DNA from: an uncultured Actinomycetota bacterium
Lineage (GTDB): Bacteria > Actinomycetota > Humimicrobiia > Humimicrobiales > Humimicrobiaceae
NCBI GenBank assembly: GCA_964423265.1
Contig: CAYREF010000006.1
Coordinates: forward strand, 1 to 55,442
Length of the DNA stretch: 55,442 nucleotides
Direction: 5' to 3'
Shown here: piece by piece, positions 25,934-35,140 of the stretch
How the letters are laid out: each line of letters opens with the position of its first letter
Position numbering within the stretch: position 1 is the first letter of the stretch
Notes under the pieces: model-generated
Seen by the model: only the letters and a program-made list of their open reading frames with translations
What the model was told of the DNA's origin: nothing
Database searches by the model: none
Program-made: the position numbers and the translations under genes

Positions 25934-26464
25934 GTGGAAAAAATGATAAGCAAGAAACTGGAAAATGCAATAAATGACCAGCTAAATGCAGAGCTTTATT
26001 CTGCATATTTGTACCTTTCAATGGCTGCTTATTTTGAGTCAAAAAATTTAAGCGGCTTTGCGAACTGGATGCGCATGCAGGCACAGGAAGAGCAAGTGCA
26101 TGCCATGAAGTTCTTTGATTTTTTAAATGAACGTGGAGGTAGGGTAATCCTCAAGGATATTAAGGCATCACAGTCTGAATGGAAATCCCCTTTAGATGTA
26201 TTTAAAAATGTCTATAGCCATGAGCAAAAAGTAACCAGTCTGATCAATAATCTAGTAAACATAGCTGTTAAGGAAAATGATCATGCTACTAATAATTTCC
26301 TGCAATGGTATGTGGCAGAACAAGTAGAAGAAGAATCCTCAGCGGATGAAATTGTTAAAAAACTGGAACTGGTAGGGGATTCAGGGCATGCATTATTTAT
26401 GGTGGACCAGGAATTAGGTAAAAGGGTATTTACCCAGCCTGGAACTTCAGAAACAGCAGAATAA
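25934..26464 (+). CDS. ftnA: Ferritin (non-heme, bacterial type)
   Basis: '[23 protein letters not shown]' and '[13 protein letters not shown]' ferroxidase-centre blocks. GTG at 25934 or ATG at 25943 as the start. Confidence 0.85.
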   Translation: MEKMISKKLENAINDQLNAELYSAYLYLSMAAYFESKNLSGFANWMRMQAQEEQVHAMKFFDFLNERGGRVILKDIKASQSEWKSPLDVFKNVYSHEQKVTSLINNLVNIAVKENDHATNNFLQWYVAEQVEEESSADEIVKKLELVGDSGHALFMVDQELGKRVFTQPGTSETAE

Positions 26465-26482
26465 AAAAATAAAAGAAAATGT

Positions 26483-26509
26483 ATGGCCGCGCTTAACCAG
26501 CGCGGCCAT
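26483..26509 (+). terminator. GC-rich stem-loop (possible attenuator/terminator or RNA-stability element) between ftn and the flavodiiron gene
   Basis: ATGGCCGCGCT-taacc-AGCGCGGCCAT forms a perfect 11-bp stem. It is the most GC-rich local structure I saw in this AT-rich window. An A-rich tract lies upstream and only a weak U-tract follows on the + strand. Confidence 0.35.
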
Positions 26510-26523
26510 ATTGTTAGGAGGTA

Positions 26524-27705
26524 ATGCTAATGGATGAAAAATTAAAAGAAGGAGTTTTTTACGTGGGGGCAGGAGATCCGGATAGGAGATTATTTGATGA
26601 GTTGATACCCCTTCCTGATGGCACTAGCTATAATTCTTATTTAATAAAAGGTAGCAATAAGGTAGCATTAATAGACACTGTTGATCCCGCAAAAAGCGAA
26701 ACACTTTTAAACAATTTAGAAAAAATTGGGGTTGATAAAATAGATTTTATTGTGTCTAATCATGCTGAACAGGACCATTCAGGCTCAATACCGGCAATCC
26801 TTAAGGAGTTTCCGGAAGCAAAGGTGGTAACTAATTCGAAGTGTAAATCCATGCTGGAGGACTTATTATTGATAGATTCAAATAAATTTAAGGTAATTGA
26901 AGAAGGCGATACAATATCTTTGGGCGGCAAAACCTTGAAATTTATAATAGCGCCTTGGGTTCATTGGCCTGAAACTCAGTTTACTTATCTGGTGGAGGAT
27001 AAAATTTTATTTACCTGTGACTTTCTAGGATCCCATTACGCTTCGGCGGACCTTTTTGTCCAAGATAAGGATAAAACCCTAGAAACTGCTAAAAGGTATT
27101 ATGCGGAGATAATGATGCCCTTTGCAAATATTATTAAAAAAGACCTGGAAAAAATAGAAGGCTTAGATATTGACATAGTTGCTCCAAGCCACGGGCTACT
27201 TTACAAGGATTATGAGTTCATTATCGAAGCTTACAGGGATTGGATTTCAAATAATTCCAAAAATGAAGTGGTAATTCCATTTGTTTCCATGCATGGAAGC
27301 ACTGGGAAAATGGTAGAACATTTTTCAAATAAACTGAAGGCAATGGGTATAAGTGTCAAGCTGTTTAACCTGACCGGAGTTGATCTAGGGGAACTGGCAA
27401 TGTCTTTGGTTGATGCTGCAACGGTAGTTCTGGCCACACCTACCGTATTGGCAGGCCCCCACCCCAGCGCTGTTTATGCTGCTTATCTATTAAAAGCTTT
27501 AAGGCCTAAGATAAGGCATGTATCTCTGATTGGCTCTTATGGCTGGGGCGGAAAAACAGTAGAGACTATTTCCGGGTTGCTATCAGCATTAAAAGTAGAA
27601 TTAATAGACCCGGTACTAATTAAAGGATACCCAGAGAATAAAGATCTTGCATTGCTTGATAAATTGGCTGATAGGATAGAGGAGAAACACAAGGATCTTC
27701 TTTGA
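26524..27705 (+). CDS. fprA: Flavodiiron protein (FprA/rubredoxin:oxygen oxidoreductase type)
   Basis: Metallo-beta-lactamase-like 'NHAEQDHSGS' diiron motif plus a C-terminal flavodoxin-like domain. AGGAGG Shine-Dalgarno upstream. Alternative ATG at 26530. Confidence 0.85.
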   Translation: MLMDEKLKEGVFYVGAGDPDRRLFDELIPLPDGTSYNSYLIKGSNKVALIDTVDPAKSETLLNNLEKIGVDKIDFIVSNHAEQDHSGSIPAILKEFPEAKVVTNSKCKSMLEDLLLIDSNKFKVIEEGDTISLGGKTLKFIIAPWVHWPETQFTYLVEDKILFTCDFLGSHYASADLFVQDKDKTLETAKRYYAEIMMPFANIIKKDLEKIEGLDIDIVAPSHGLLYKDYEFIIEAYRDWISNNSKNEVVIPFVSMHGSTGKMVEHFSNKLKAMGISVKLFNLTGVDLGELAMSLVDAATVVLATPTVLAGPHPSAVYAAYLLKALRPKIRHVSLIGSYGWGGKTVETISGLLSALKVELIDPVLIKGYPENKDLALLDKLADRIEEKHKDLL

Positions 27706-27710
27706 GATAT

Positions 27711-28475
27711 ATGGTTGATAAAAAAAAGCTAGAAGACCTCTACAGAAAGTATAACAGCCGGGAACACATTCATCCAGATCCTTTGGAACTAGTATATAAT
27801 TACACTAAAGCCAGAGATATGGAAATAGCTGGCTTGATTGCTTCCAGTCTTGCTTATGGCAGAGTGGGCCAGATACTTAAGCATGTTTCATATGTTTTAG
27901 GCAATTTGGGAAAATCACCTTATAGTCATCTAATGGCAGCTTGTAAATCTGATTTAGAACATTTATTTGATGGTTTTAAATACCGGTTTACTGACAGCAG
28001 CCAGCTGGTTTTTTTCTTGTTATGCACAAGGGAGGCCTTAATAAAATATGGATCTTTAAATGAATGTTTTCTGCAGGGCTATAATCATAAGCATAAAGAT
28101 ATATTGCCAGCTTTGCTGGCATTTATTAAAAATCTTACCTGCCGGCCAAGTAATTTTTGCAATAGCCTCCTTCCAGCTGCCGGTGGTAAAAGTGCCCTAA
28201 AAAGATTTAATCTATATTTAAGGTGGATGGTAAGGTCTGATAATGTGGACCCCGGCTGCTGGGAAGGGATACCGCCTTCCAAACTAATAATACCCTTGGA
28301 TACCCATATGCATAAAACGGCCCTTAAACTTGGCTTAACTTCCCGAAAGCAAGCAGATATGGGAACAGCATTGGAAATTACAGAAGCATTTAGGAAAATT
28401 GAGCCAGAAGACCCGGTAAAATATGACTTTTGTCTCACCAGACTTGGAATTAACAAATTAGGCTATATTTTTTAA
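27711..28475 (+). CDS. TIGR02757/DUF2400 family protein (HhH-GPD-superfamily-like)
   Basis: 'DPLE.V......RD.EIAGLIASSLAYGRV.QI', 'FKYRF' and 'LRWMVR.D.VD.G.W......L.IPLDTH' blocks are typical of this family. The track start at 27702 (TTG) overlaps the fprA stop. Confidence 0.65.
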   Translation: MVDKKKLEDLYRKYNSREHIHPDPLELVYNYTKARDMEIAGLIASSLAYGRVGQILKHVSYVLGNLGKSPYSHLMAACKSDLEHLFDGFKYRFTDSSQLVFFLLCTREALIKYGSLNECFLQGYNHKHKDILPALLAFIKNLTCRPSNFCNSLLPAAGGKSALKRFNLYLRWMVRSDNVDPGCWEGIPPSKLIIPLDTHMHKTALKLGLTSRKQADMGTALEITEAFRKIEPEDPVKYDFCLTRLGINKLGYIF

Positions 28476-28545
28476 TTTTATCTAATCTAATTTAATGTAT
28501 AATAATAGGAAATCCATTGTAAAATTTAGAGATGGGAGCTCTAAG

Positions 28546-29823
28546 ATGAAGCGAAAATTAAAGAGGATTATAAGCTATTTATTGGTAGTCATATCAGTAG
28601 CTGCCATGCTGTTGATGTTTGCTCCAGGTGTTTTGGGAGCAGGCAATTATGAGCAAGTTCAGGCTTTTGTTTCAAGGTTTTATGCTTATTGCCTGGATAG
28701 GCAGCCGGATCCCGCAGGCTTAAATGAATGGGTAAACAGGTTAATGAGCGGAGCACGGACAGGTGAAGATGTAGCAAAAGGTTTTATACTAAGCCAGGAA
28801 TTTATCTCTAAAAATCATAGTAACCAAGAATTTGTTACTATTTTATATAGGGCATTTTTTAACAGGGAACCTGACTCTTATGGTTATAATGCCTGGTTAG
28901 AGAGACTAAAAAATGGGAAAACCAGGACCCAGGTATTAGACGGATTCCTAAATTCAAATGAGTTCAAGCAGCTTTGCCAGAGTTACGGGATAATTCCCTT
29001 TGGAGGTGCTTCTACTGCTACCACCACTACTGTTTCAAATACTGCGGGGACAAGTACGGGCTTTAATGCCGGAAACAAGGTCAATTTTATGATATGGGGC
29101 GATGACAGTGCTTCTGACAGAGCTGGTGGCAGGGTAAGCGGAAGGACTGATATCAATATTTTTGTGCACCTTAATTTAGATACAGGCAAGGCTATCTTTG
29201 TTACCATTCCCAGGGATACCTGGGCTCCAATTCCGGGACACAGCACCCAAAAGATTAATGCTGCCCATGCCATTGGTGGCAATGATTTAGCTGTACGGAC
29301 CTTTGAGCAGTTTACGGGGATGCCTATAGATTTTTATGCCATAACTGACTTTGACGGCTTCCCTGCACTTATTAACCATTTAGGTGGAGTTACTACTACA
29401 GTAGAGGAAAATATAAGTGACCGATTTTCAAACTGTTATCTAACAGCAGGCACCCATACCATAAACGGGACACAGGCATTAGCTCTTTCAAGGGCAAGAC
29501 ATGGCAGGTCTCTTTATGGCGGAGGCGCATATGCCAGAGAAAAACAGTCTGCAATGTTGTTAGTAGATCTACTGTTTCAGAAAAGGCCAATGGTTAATGC
29601 TTCTAATATAGGTAGTTTCCTTAATACTTTAAGACAGTTTATATGGACCAATATTTCCCAGCAGCAGGCTTCCAAGATCCTTCCGACAGTCCTTTCTATG
29701 AATAGAAGCGATGTTACTATAACCACTTTTAATTCATGGCCGCAGAGGTTTGGAAATGCGAGTGCTGTTGGATATAACCAGGCAGAAAAAGACCAGTTCT
29801 TCAGATGGGTCTCAAGCCAGTAG
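28546..29823 (+). CDS. LytR-CpsA-Psr (LCP) family protein with an N-terminal DUF4214-like domain
   Basis: TM anchor. 'FV.RFY...L.R.PD..GL..W' repeated twice (DUF4214). Then the LCP core 'RTD.I...HLN...GKA..V.IPRDTW..IPG....KINAAHA.GG'. Confidence 0.75.
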   Translation: MKRKLKRIISYLLVVISVAAMLLMFAPGVLGAGNYEQVQAFVSRFYAYCLDRQPDPAGLNEWVNRLMSGARTGEDVAKGFILSQEFISKNHSNQEFVTILYRAFFNREPDSYGYNAWLERLKNGKTRTQVLDGFLNSNEFKQLCQSYGIIPFGGASTATTTTVSNTAGTSTGFNAGNKVNFMIWGDDSASDRAGGRVSGRTDINIFVHLNLDTGKAIFVTIPRDTWAPIPGHSTQKINAAHAIGGNDLAVRTFEQFTGMPIDFYAITDFDGFPALINHLGGVTTTVEENISDRFSNCYLTAGTHTINGTQALALSRARHGRSLYGGGAYAREKQSAMLLVDLLFQKRPMVNASNIGSFLNTLRQFIWTNISQQQASKILPTVLSMNRSDVTITTFNSWPQRFGNASAVGYNQAEKDQFFRWVSSQ

Positions 29824-29845
29824 TTTTACTTTATAGTTTACTGTT

Positions 29846-31222
29846 ATGGTTTCAAAAAGGGAAATAATATTAAATAATAAAATAAACGGCCTTTTATTTA
29901 AATTTTCGGCACCCGCTATAATGGGTATGATAGTGGGTGCCTTATACAATATAGTGGATGCTATTTTTGTGGGAAAAGGTGCGGGCCCTATGGCAATTGC
30001 AGCCCTTTCCATAGTTTTCCCGGTCCAACTTATAATGATGGCGGTGGGTATCATGATTGGTATCGGGGGAGCTTCCATTATTTCCAGGGCTCTAGGCAGA
30101 AAAGAAAAAGAGCTGGCTGCAAATACCTTTGGAAACGGAATAATACTCAATATTACATTCAGCATAATCTTTTTGTCTTTATGCTATGTTTTCATGGACC
30201 AGCTGTTAATTTTCTTTGGGGCTTCTGTTAGGGTTATGCCTTATGCTAGAAGTTATATGGAAATAGTTTTATTTGGCATGCTGTTTTTTTCGTTTGCGGT
30301 AAGCGCCAATAACCTTATTAGAGCTGAAGGTAGCCCAAAATCGGCAATGCTGGTAATGGTAATAGGGGCGCTCAGCAATATAATTTTAGACCCCATCTTT
30401 ATTTTTGCCATGGATTTGGGCATAAGGGGGGCAGCTATTGCCACTGTCATAAGCCAGTTTTTCAGCGGTGTATATGTATTTGGATATTACCTAGCCGGTA
30501 AAGGGTTTTTTAAGTTAAAGCTGTCCATATTTAGAATTAATTTAAATATTATGAAGGAAACTATTTCAGTGGGATTTCCTTCATTTTTAAGGGCTTCTGC
30601 GTCAAGCGTGATATTATTAATATTTAATCGTATTCTTGGATATTACGGGAATGACCTTTATATTGCCATAATAGGCATAGGTATGAGGATGGTTAGCTTG
30701 ATACAGATGCCTATAGTAGGGATAACCCAGGGATTTTCTACTATTGCCGGATTTAATTATGGTGCTAAACTAATACCAAGAGTTAAAAAGGTATTAGGAG
30801 CAGCTTTAGTGTGGTCGGGAGTGATAGCATTTTCCGGTTTTGTAGCTGTAATGTTTTTTACCCGACAATTACTTGAATTATTTAGCAACAGCCCACTGCT
30901 TGTAAATATGGGCATTTTGCCACTAAGAACAGTGGTAATTTTTCTTCCATTTATAGGGCTGCAAATAATTGGCGGGGGCTTTTTCCAGGCTATTGGTAAA
31001 CCTGTACCTGCTCTGGTAATTACTATTTCCAGACAGCTACTTTTTTTAATACCTGCCCTCATAGGGTTGCCTGTTTTGCTAGGCCTTACAGGGGTATGGA
31101 TAGCAATCCCCGTAGCTGATTTCCTATCAATTATTGTTACTACCTTATGGCTGTACAGAGAGATAAATATATTTAATAAACAAATAATAATGGACAATAA
31201 ATTAAAATTTCAACAAGGTTAA
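29846..31222 (+). CDS. MATE family efflux transporter
   Basis: About 12 TM helices. N-terminal 'LLFKFSAPAIMGMIVGALYNIVDAIFVG' pattern is typical of MATE/NorM-like proteins. Confidence 0.85.
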   Translation: MVSKREIILNNKINGLLFKFSAPAIMGMIVGALYNIVDAIFVGKGAGPMAIAALSIVFPVQLIMMAVGIMIGIGGASIISRALGRKEKELAANTFGNGIILNITFSIIFLSLCYVFMDQLLIFFGASVRVMPYARSYMEIVLFGMLFFSFAVSANNLIRAEGSPKSAMLVMVIGALSNIILDPIFIFAMDLGIRGAAIATVISQFFSGVYVFGYYLAGKGFFKLKLSIFRINLNIMKETISVGFPSFLRASASSVILLIFNRILGYYGNDLYIAIIGIGMRMVSLIQMPIVGITQGFSTIAGFNYGAKLIPRVKKVLGAALVWSGVIAFSGFVAVMFFTRQLLELFSNSPLLVNMGILPLRTVVIFLPFIGLQIIGGGFFQAIGKPVPALVITISRQLLFLIPALIGLPVLLGLTGVWIAIPVADFLSIIVTTLWLYREINIFNKQIIMDNKLKFQQG

Positions 31223-31233
31223 AGGAGTGAAGC

Positions 31234-31581
31234 ATGATAATTAAAAACAGAAGTAATTTTAAACCAAAAATTATGGATAATGATGAAATGAAGGGGGTTA
31301 AATTTTTTCCGCTTCTTACTGCAAAAGATGGTGCTCCTAATTTTGCTTTAAGAGTATTCGAGGTTTCCCCAAATGGTTATAGCCCCAGGCACACACATGA
31401 ATGGGAACATGAGATTTACATAATAGAAGGAGATGGTTTTGCGGTAAGCAAGGACGGAGAATTTAAAATAAAGAAAGACGATTGCATTCTAGTAAATCCT
31501 TCTGAGCTTCACCAGATAAAAGCAGGTAGCAAGGGTATAACATTTGTATGTGTCGTCCCTAATGAAGGCCAACCAACGTAA
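31234..31581 (+). CDS. Cupin domain protein
   Basis: 'G.SPRHTHEWEHEIYIIEG.G' cupin motif 1 and 'NPSELHQI' motif 2. Confidence 0.7.
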   Translation: MIIKNRSNFKPKIMDNDEMKGVKFFPLLTAKDGAPNFALRVFEVSPNGYSPRHTHEWEHEIYIIEGDGFAVSKDGEFKIKKDDCILVNPSELHQIKAGSKGITFVCVVPNEGQPT

Positions 31582-31590
31582 TTTGGGAAA

Positions 31591-32811
31591 ATGTTAAAAA
31601 AAATTTTCGTCATCCCCATTATTTTAATTCTTGCTTTCTTCTCTTTTTCATGTCTTCCCGAACCAGGATTTGGGAAATTAGTTATATGCAGCTCAGTAAA
31701 TCAGGATACATATGAACCGGTTGGAATGAGTGAAGAATTTAGCATGGATGAGGATAGTATTTATGCAAATGTTAAGGTAGAAAATGTGTATGCAGGAGAT
31801 AGTTGGACTTTTAAGTGGATTAGACAAAAAGATAATATGGTAATTGCCCAGAAAAGCGGTAATTACATGCCAGGGAGAAATAATTATATTAACGGATATA
31901 TTGTTAACCGTCTTATTCCCAAAGAAAATTCATTTATAGCAGAACCTGGCAGCTACTTGGTTGAGTTTTACCATAATGGGGATAAGACTAGCTCTGCAGA
32001 ATTTGAAATTAAACAGCCAAAATTTGAAATCATTGGAGCCAGCTTATGCTCAGAGGTAGGGGAGGAGGGAAAACCTGTAAATTCAAAACAAAAATTTTAT
32101 GTTAATGAAAGCATATATTTATCAGTCCGGCTAAATTGCCTTCTGGAAGGAAAAAGCATTAAATCTGAATGGTTTACCGGAGAGAATAGGATAGATGAAA
32201 TAAAAATAGAATTTGATAAAAATTATTTTTTTCCTATTTACAAGGTATTTAGCCTTGGCAAAACAAGGCTCCCGTTAGGAAGGTATACAGTTAATTTATA
32301 TAAAGATAGTTTGTTGTATAAAAGCTATAATTTTGAGTTGGATGTAGATATGGCTGATATGAAGCACTACGAAAATGTTGAAGGGAAATTCAGTTTTAAC
32401 TACCCTAATTTTTTAAAAATAAATAAAAATGAAGGCGAAAACCGGCTGGAATTGTCTTTATCACCTGGTAGCCAGAGCTACCAGCTAACTCTATGGATTC
32501 TAAATGAGGGATATTTTCCAGAAAATACTAACTGGGAAGAGTCTAATGAAGATGTATTGCTAAAGAATTTACTTTCCGGATATGATTTGGAAATTGTTTC
32601 TAAGAATGTAGGTACGAGAAATGGATGCATAGAATATTTATATGAATTTAAGAATATGCAGGATTTTTGGTACCTTAATATATGTTATTTGGAAGCTGAA
32701 AAAAATTTGATAATTTTTAGCGGATTTTCAGATGAAAATTACAGGTATGAATTAAATAAGGTTTTTGGGCTGATATTCGATTCTTTTAATTTTAGCCAAA
32801 ACGGCTTTTAA
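31591..32811 (+). CDS. Predicted lipoprotein of unknown function (paralog of 10667..11923)
   Basis: Lipobox 'FFSFSC' and the same two-repeat N-terminal architecture as the 10667 ORF. Confidence 0.6.
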   Translation: MLKKIFVIPIILILAFFSFSCLPEPGFGKLVICSSVNQDTYEPVGMSEEFSMDEDSIYANVKVENVYAGDSWTFKWIRQKDNMVIAQKSGNYMPGRNNYINGYIVNRLIPKENSFIAEPGSYLVEFYHNGDKTSSAEFEIKQPKFEIIGASLCSEVGEEGKPVNSKQKFYVNESIYLSVRLNCLLEGKSIKSEWFTGENRIDEIKIEFDKNYFFPIYKVFSLGKTRLPLGRYTVNLYKDSLLYKSYNFELDVDMADMKHYENVEGKFSFNYPNFLKINKNEGENRLELSLSPGSQSYQLTLWILNEGYFPENTNWEESNEDVLLKNLLSGYDLEIVSKNVGTRNGCIEYLYEFKNMQDFWYLNICYLEAEKNLIIFSGFSDENYRYELNKVFGLIFDSFNFSQNGF

Positions 32812-32830
32812 GCTCAGGAAAGGTTTTACC

Positions 32831-34102
32831 GTGCTGGGATTAAACAGTAAATTGAAAAATTTTGCTAAAAAAGGATATTCCATTAAAGTAGCTATTTGCG
32901 GGCTGGGGCAAATGGGCACAAGCCTTGTTTCCCATATTTTATCTATACCGGGGATGGAAGTGGCTGCAGTGGTTGCCAGGAATATTGATAAGGCAGAGAA
33001 AGCTTTAAATTCTATTGCTTGTAGCAAGCAGCTTGAAATAGCGGGGGCCAAGCCTTCTAATAGAAAAGACAGCATTATATTAACTGATGATATAAAGGCA
33101 TGTGCCCATATGGAAGAGCTTGATGCGATCATAGATGCAACCGGAAGTCCCCAGGCGGGAGCAGAAATTGGGCTTTGCGCCATTGAAAACAAAAAAGACC
33201 TAATTTCCCTTAATGTGGAGGCAGATACTGTAATTGGTCCGATATTGAGCAAGTTAGCTAAAAATGCGGGAATTGTTTATACCCTGGCGGCAGGTGATGA
33301 GCCGGGAGCCCTAAAGGAGCTATATGATTTTGCTGAGGCGCTGGGTTTTGAAATTATAGTAGCTGGCAAGGGGAAAAATAATCCTCTGGACAGGGAAGCT
33401 AATCCTAGTACAGTTGCAGAATATGCAAGAAAAAAAGGAGCCAACCCTAAAATGATGTGCTCCTTTATAGATGGCACCAAGACCATGATAGAAATGGCCT
33501 GTCTTTCAAATGCTACCGGATTGGTTGCAGATTGCAGGGGAATGCATGGAATTGAGGCAAATGTCTCAGGCTTGGCCAATGCCTTTAAGCTTAAGCCGGA
33601 AGGGGGTATCTTAAACAGAAAAGGGGTTGTGGAGTTTGCTATTGGGGATGTGGCCCCCGGGGTTTTTCTGGTCTATAGAACGGAAAGCCAGGTTTTAAGG
33701 GAAGAATTAAGGTATTTAATGTTTGGGGACGGACCAAATTATCTTTTGTACCGGCCTTACCACCTGGCAAGTCTTGAAGTCCCTCTGTCTATAGCTAGAG
33801 CCTTTTTTTACCGGGAAGCAACTATAATTGCAAAAGGAGGATTAATTTCAGATATTGCAACAATTGCAAAGAAAAATTTAAAAAAAGGTGATAAAATAGA
33901 TGGAATTGGCGGATATAGCGTTTATGGCCTGATAGACCGGCATGAGATTATAGAGGGAAACCATATATTGCCTATTGGCTTAAGCGAAGGATGCAGGCTG
34001 GTCAGAGAGAAGAAAAAAGGCGAAATTATTACCTTAAATGATGTTGAAATTAATGATACAATGCTATATCAATTAAAGATATTGCAGGAGAAAGTATTTT
34101 AG
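32831..34102 (+). CDS. NAD(P)-binding oxidoreductase with a C-terminal SAF domain (COG4091-like, homoserine-dehydrogenase-like)
   Basis: Rossmann N-terminus 'VAICGLGQMG' and the overall pattern of the SAF-domain dehydrogenase family. GTG start preceded by AGGAAAGG. Confidence 0.55.
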   Translation: MLGLNSKLKNFAKKGYSIKVAICGLGQMGTSLVSHILSIPGMEVAAVVARNIDKAEKALNSIACSKQLEIAGAKPSNRKDSIILTDDIKACAHMEELDAIIDATGSPQAGAEIGLCAIENKKDLISLNVEADTVIGPILSKLAKNAGIVYTLAAGDEPGALKELYDFAEALGFEIIVAGKGKNNPLDREANPSTVAEYARKKGANPKMMCSFIDGTKTMIEMACLSNATGLVADCRGMHGIEANVSGLANAFKLKPEGGILNRKGVVEFAIGDVAPGVFLVYRTESQVLREELRYLMFGDGPNYLLYRPYHLASLEVPLSIARAFFYREATIIAKGGLISDIATIAKKNLKKGDKIDGIGGYSVYGLIDRHEIIEGNHILPIGLSEGCRLVREKKKGEIITLNDVEINDTMLYQLKILQEKVF

Positions 34103-35131
34103 ATGGGCTTTAATTTAAGTTCAGGCAAAAATAAGGTATTTTATTTTGTAATCTTTGTCGCACTTACCATTATTTTACTTACCTTTAATTTGACTACTGG
34201 GTGCAATTTTAGGACCCTCCAAAAATTCCAGGAAAACCGTGAAATGATGGGAACTTTTGTCAGCATTACAGTATATGCTGCAGAAGAAGACTTTGCTTTA
34301 GAGGCTATTGATTCTGCCTTTGGAAAAATCAAAAAAATAGAAGAGATAGCTTCTATTTATTCTGAAGAGAGCGAGGTTAGCTTTTTAAATAAGAATGGAT
34401 ATATAGACAATCCTTCTGCGGAATTGTATGAACTGATTACAGAGTCCAAAAATTATACCGAAGTTACAGGGGGAGCTTTTGACATTACCGTGCAGCCAAT
34501 ATTAGAATTGTGGGAAGCTGGTTTATGGAAAGAAGAAGAAAATGTGCAAAAGCAGAAAATAAGTGATGCTTTAAATCTGGTCGGCTCGGATATGATCTTG
34601 GTTGATGTTAATAGAATTGAATTTGAAAAAGAGGAAATGTCGGTTACCTTAGGGGGGATAGCCAAGGGCTATGCTGTTGATAAAGCTATAGAAGTGTTGA
34701 AGGCCAAGGGCATAGAATATGCGTTAGTTGATGCTGGAGGCGATATAATGGCCTCGGGAAAGAAACCAGACGGCAGCTACTGGACAATAGCTCTCCAGAA
34801 CCCAGATAAAGAAAGCGAAGAAATTGCAGCTTTTCAAGTTCATGATAGGGCAGTGACTACTTCCGGGAATTATGAAAGATACTTTGACCCTGAAAAAGAA
34901 GTACACCATATAACAGATCCACGTACTGGCTTTTCTGCTAACAAATGCATAAGTGCAACTGTTATTTCAAACAGCTGCATGGATGCAGATGCATTATCTA
35001 CATCAGTTTTTGTGCTGGGCCCTGAAGAAGGGCTAAGCTTGATAAATAAGCTGGATGGTGTAGAAGCTTTAGTAATAGATAATAAAAGAAATATATTTGA
35101 GTCAAAAAGCTTGGATGAATATAAATATTAA
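34103..35131 (+). CDS. apbE: FAD:protein FMN transferase (ApbE family)
   Basis: 'GGIAKGYAVDKA', 'VDAGGDI' and 'TSGNYERYF' ApbE motifs. N-terminal membrane/lipoprotein anchor. Immediately precedes rnfC. Confidence 0.85.
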   Translation: MGFNLSSGKNKVFYFVIFVALTIILLTFNLTTGCNFRTLQKFQENREMMGTFVSITVYAAEEDFALEAIDSAFGKIKKIEEIASIYSEESEVSFLNKNGYIDNPSAELYELITESKNYTEVTGGAFDITVQPILELWEAGLWKEEENVQKQKISDALNLVGSDMILVDVNRIEFEKEEMSVTLGGIAKGYAVDKAIEVLKAKGIEYALVDAGGDIMASGKKPDGSYWTIALQNPDKESEEIAAFQVHDRAVTTSGNYERYFDPEKEVHHITDPRTGFSANKCISATVISNSCMDADALSTSVFVLGPEEGLSLINKLDGVEALVIDNKRNIFESKSLDEYKY

Positions 35132-35140
35132 GGAAAAGAA

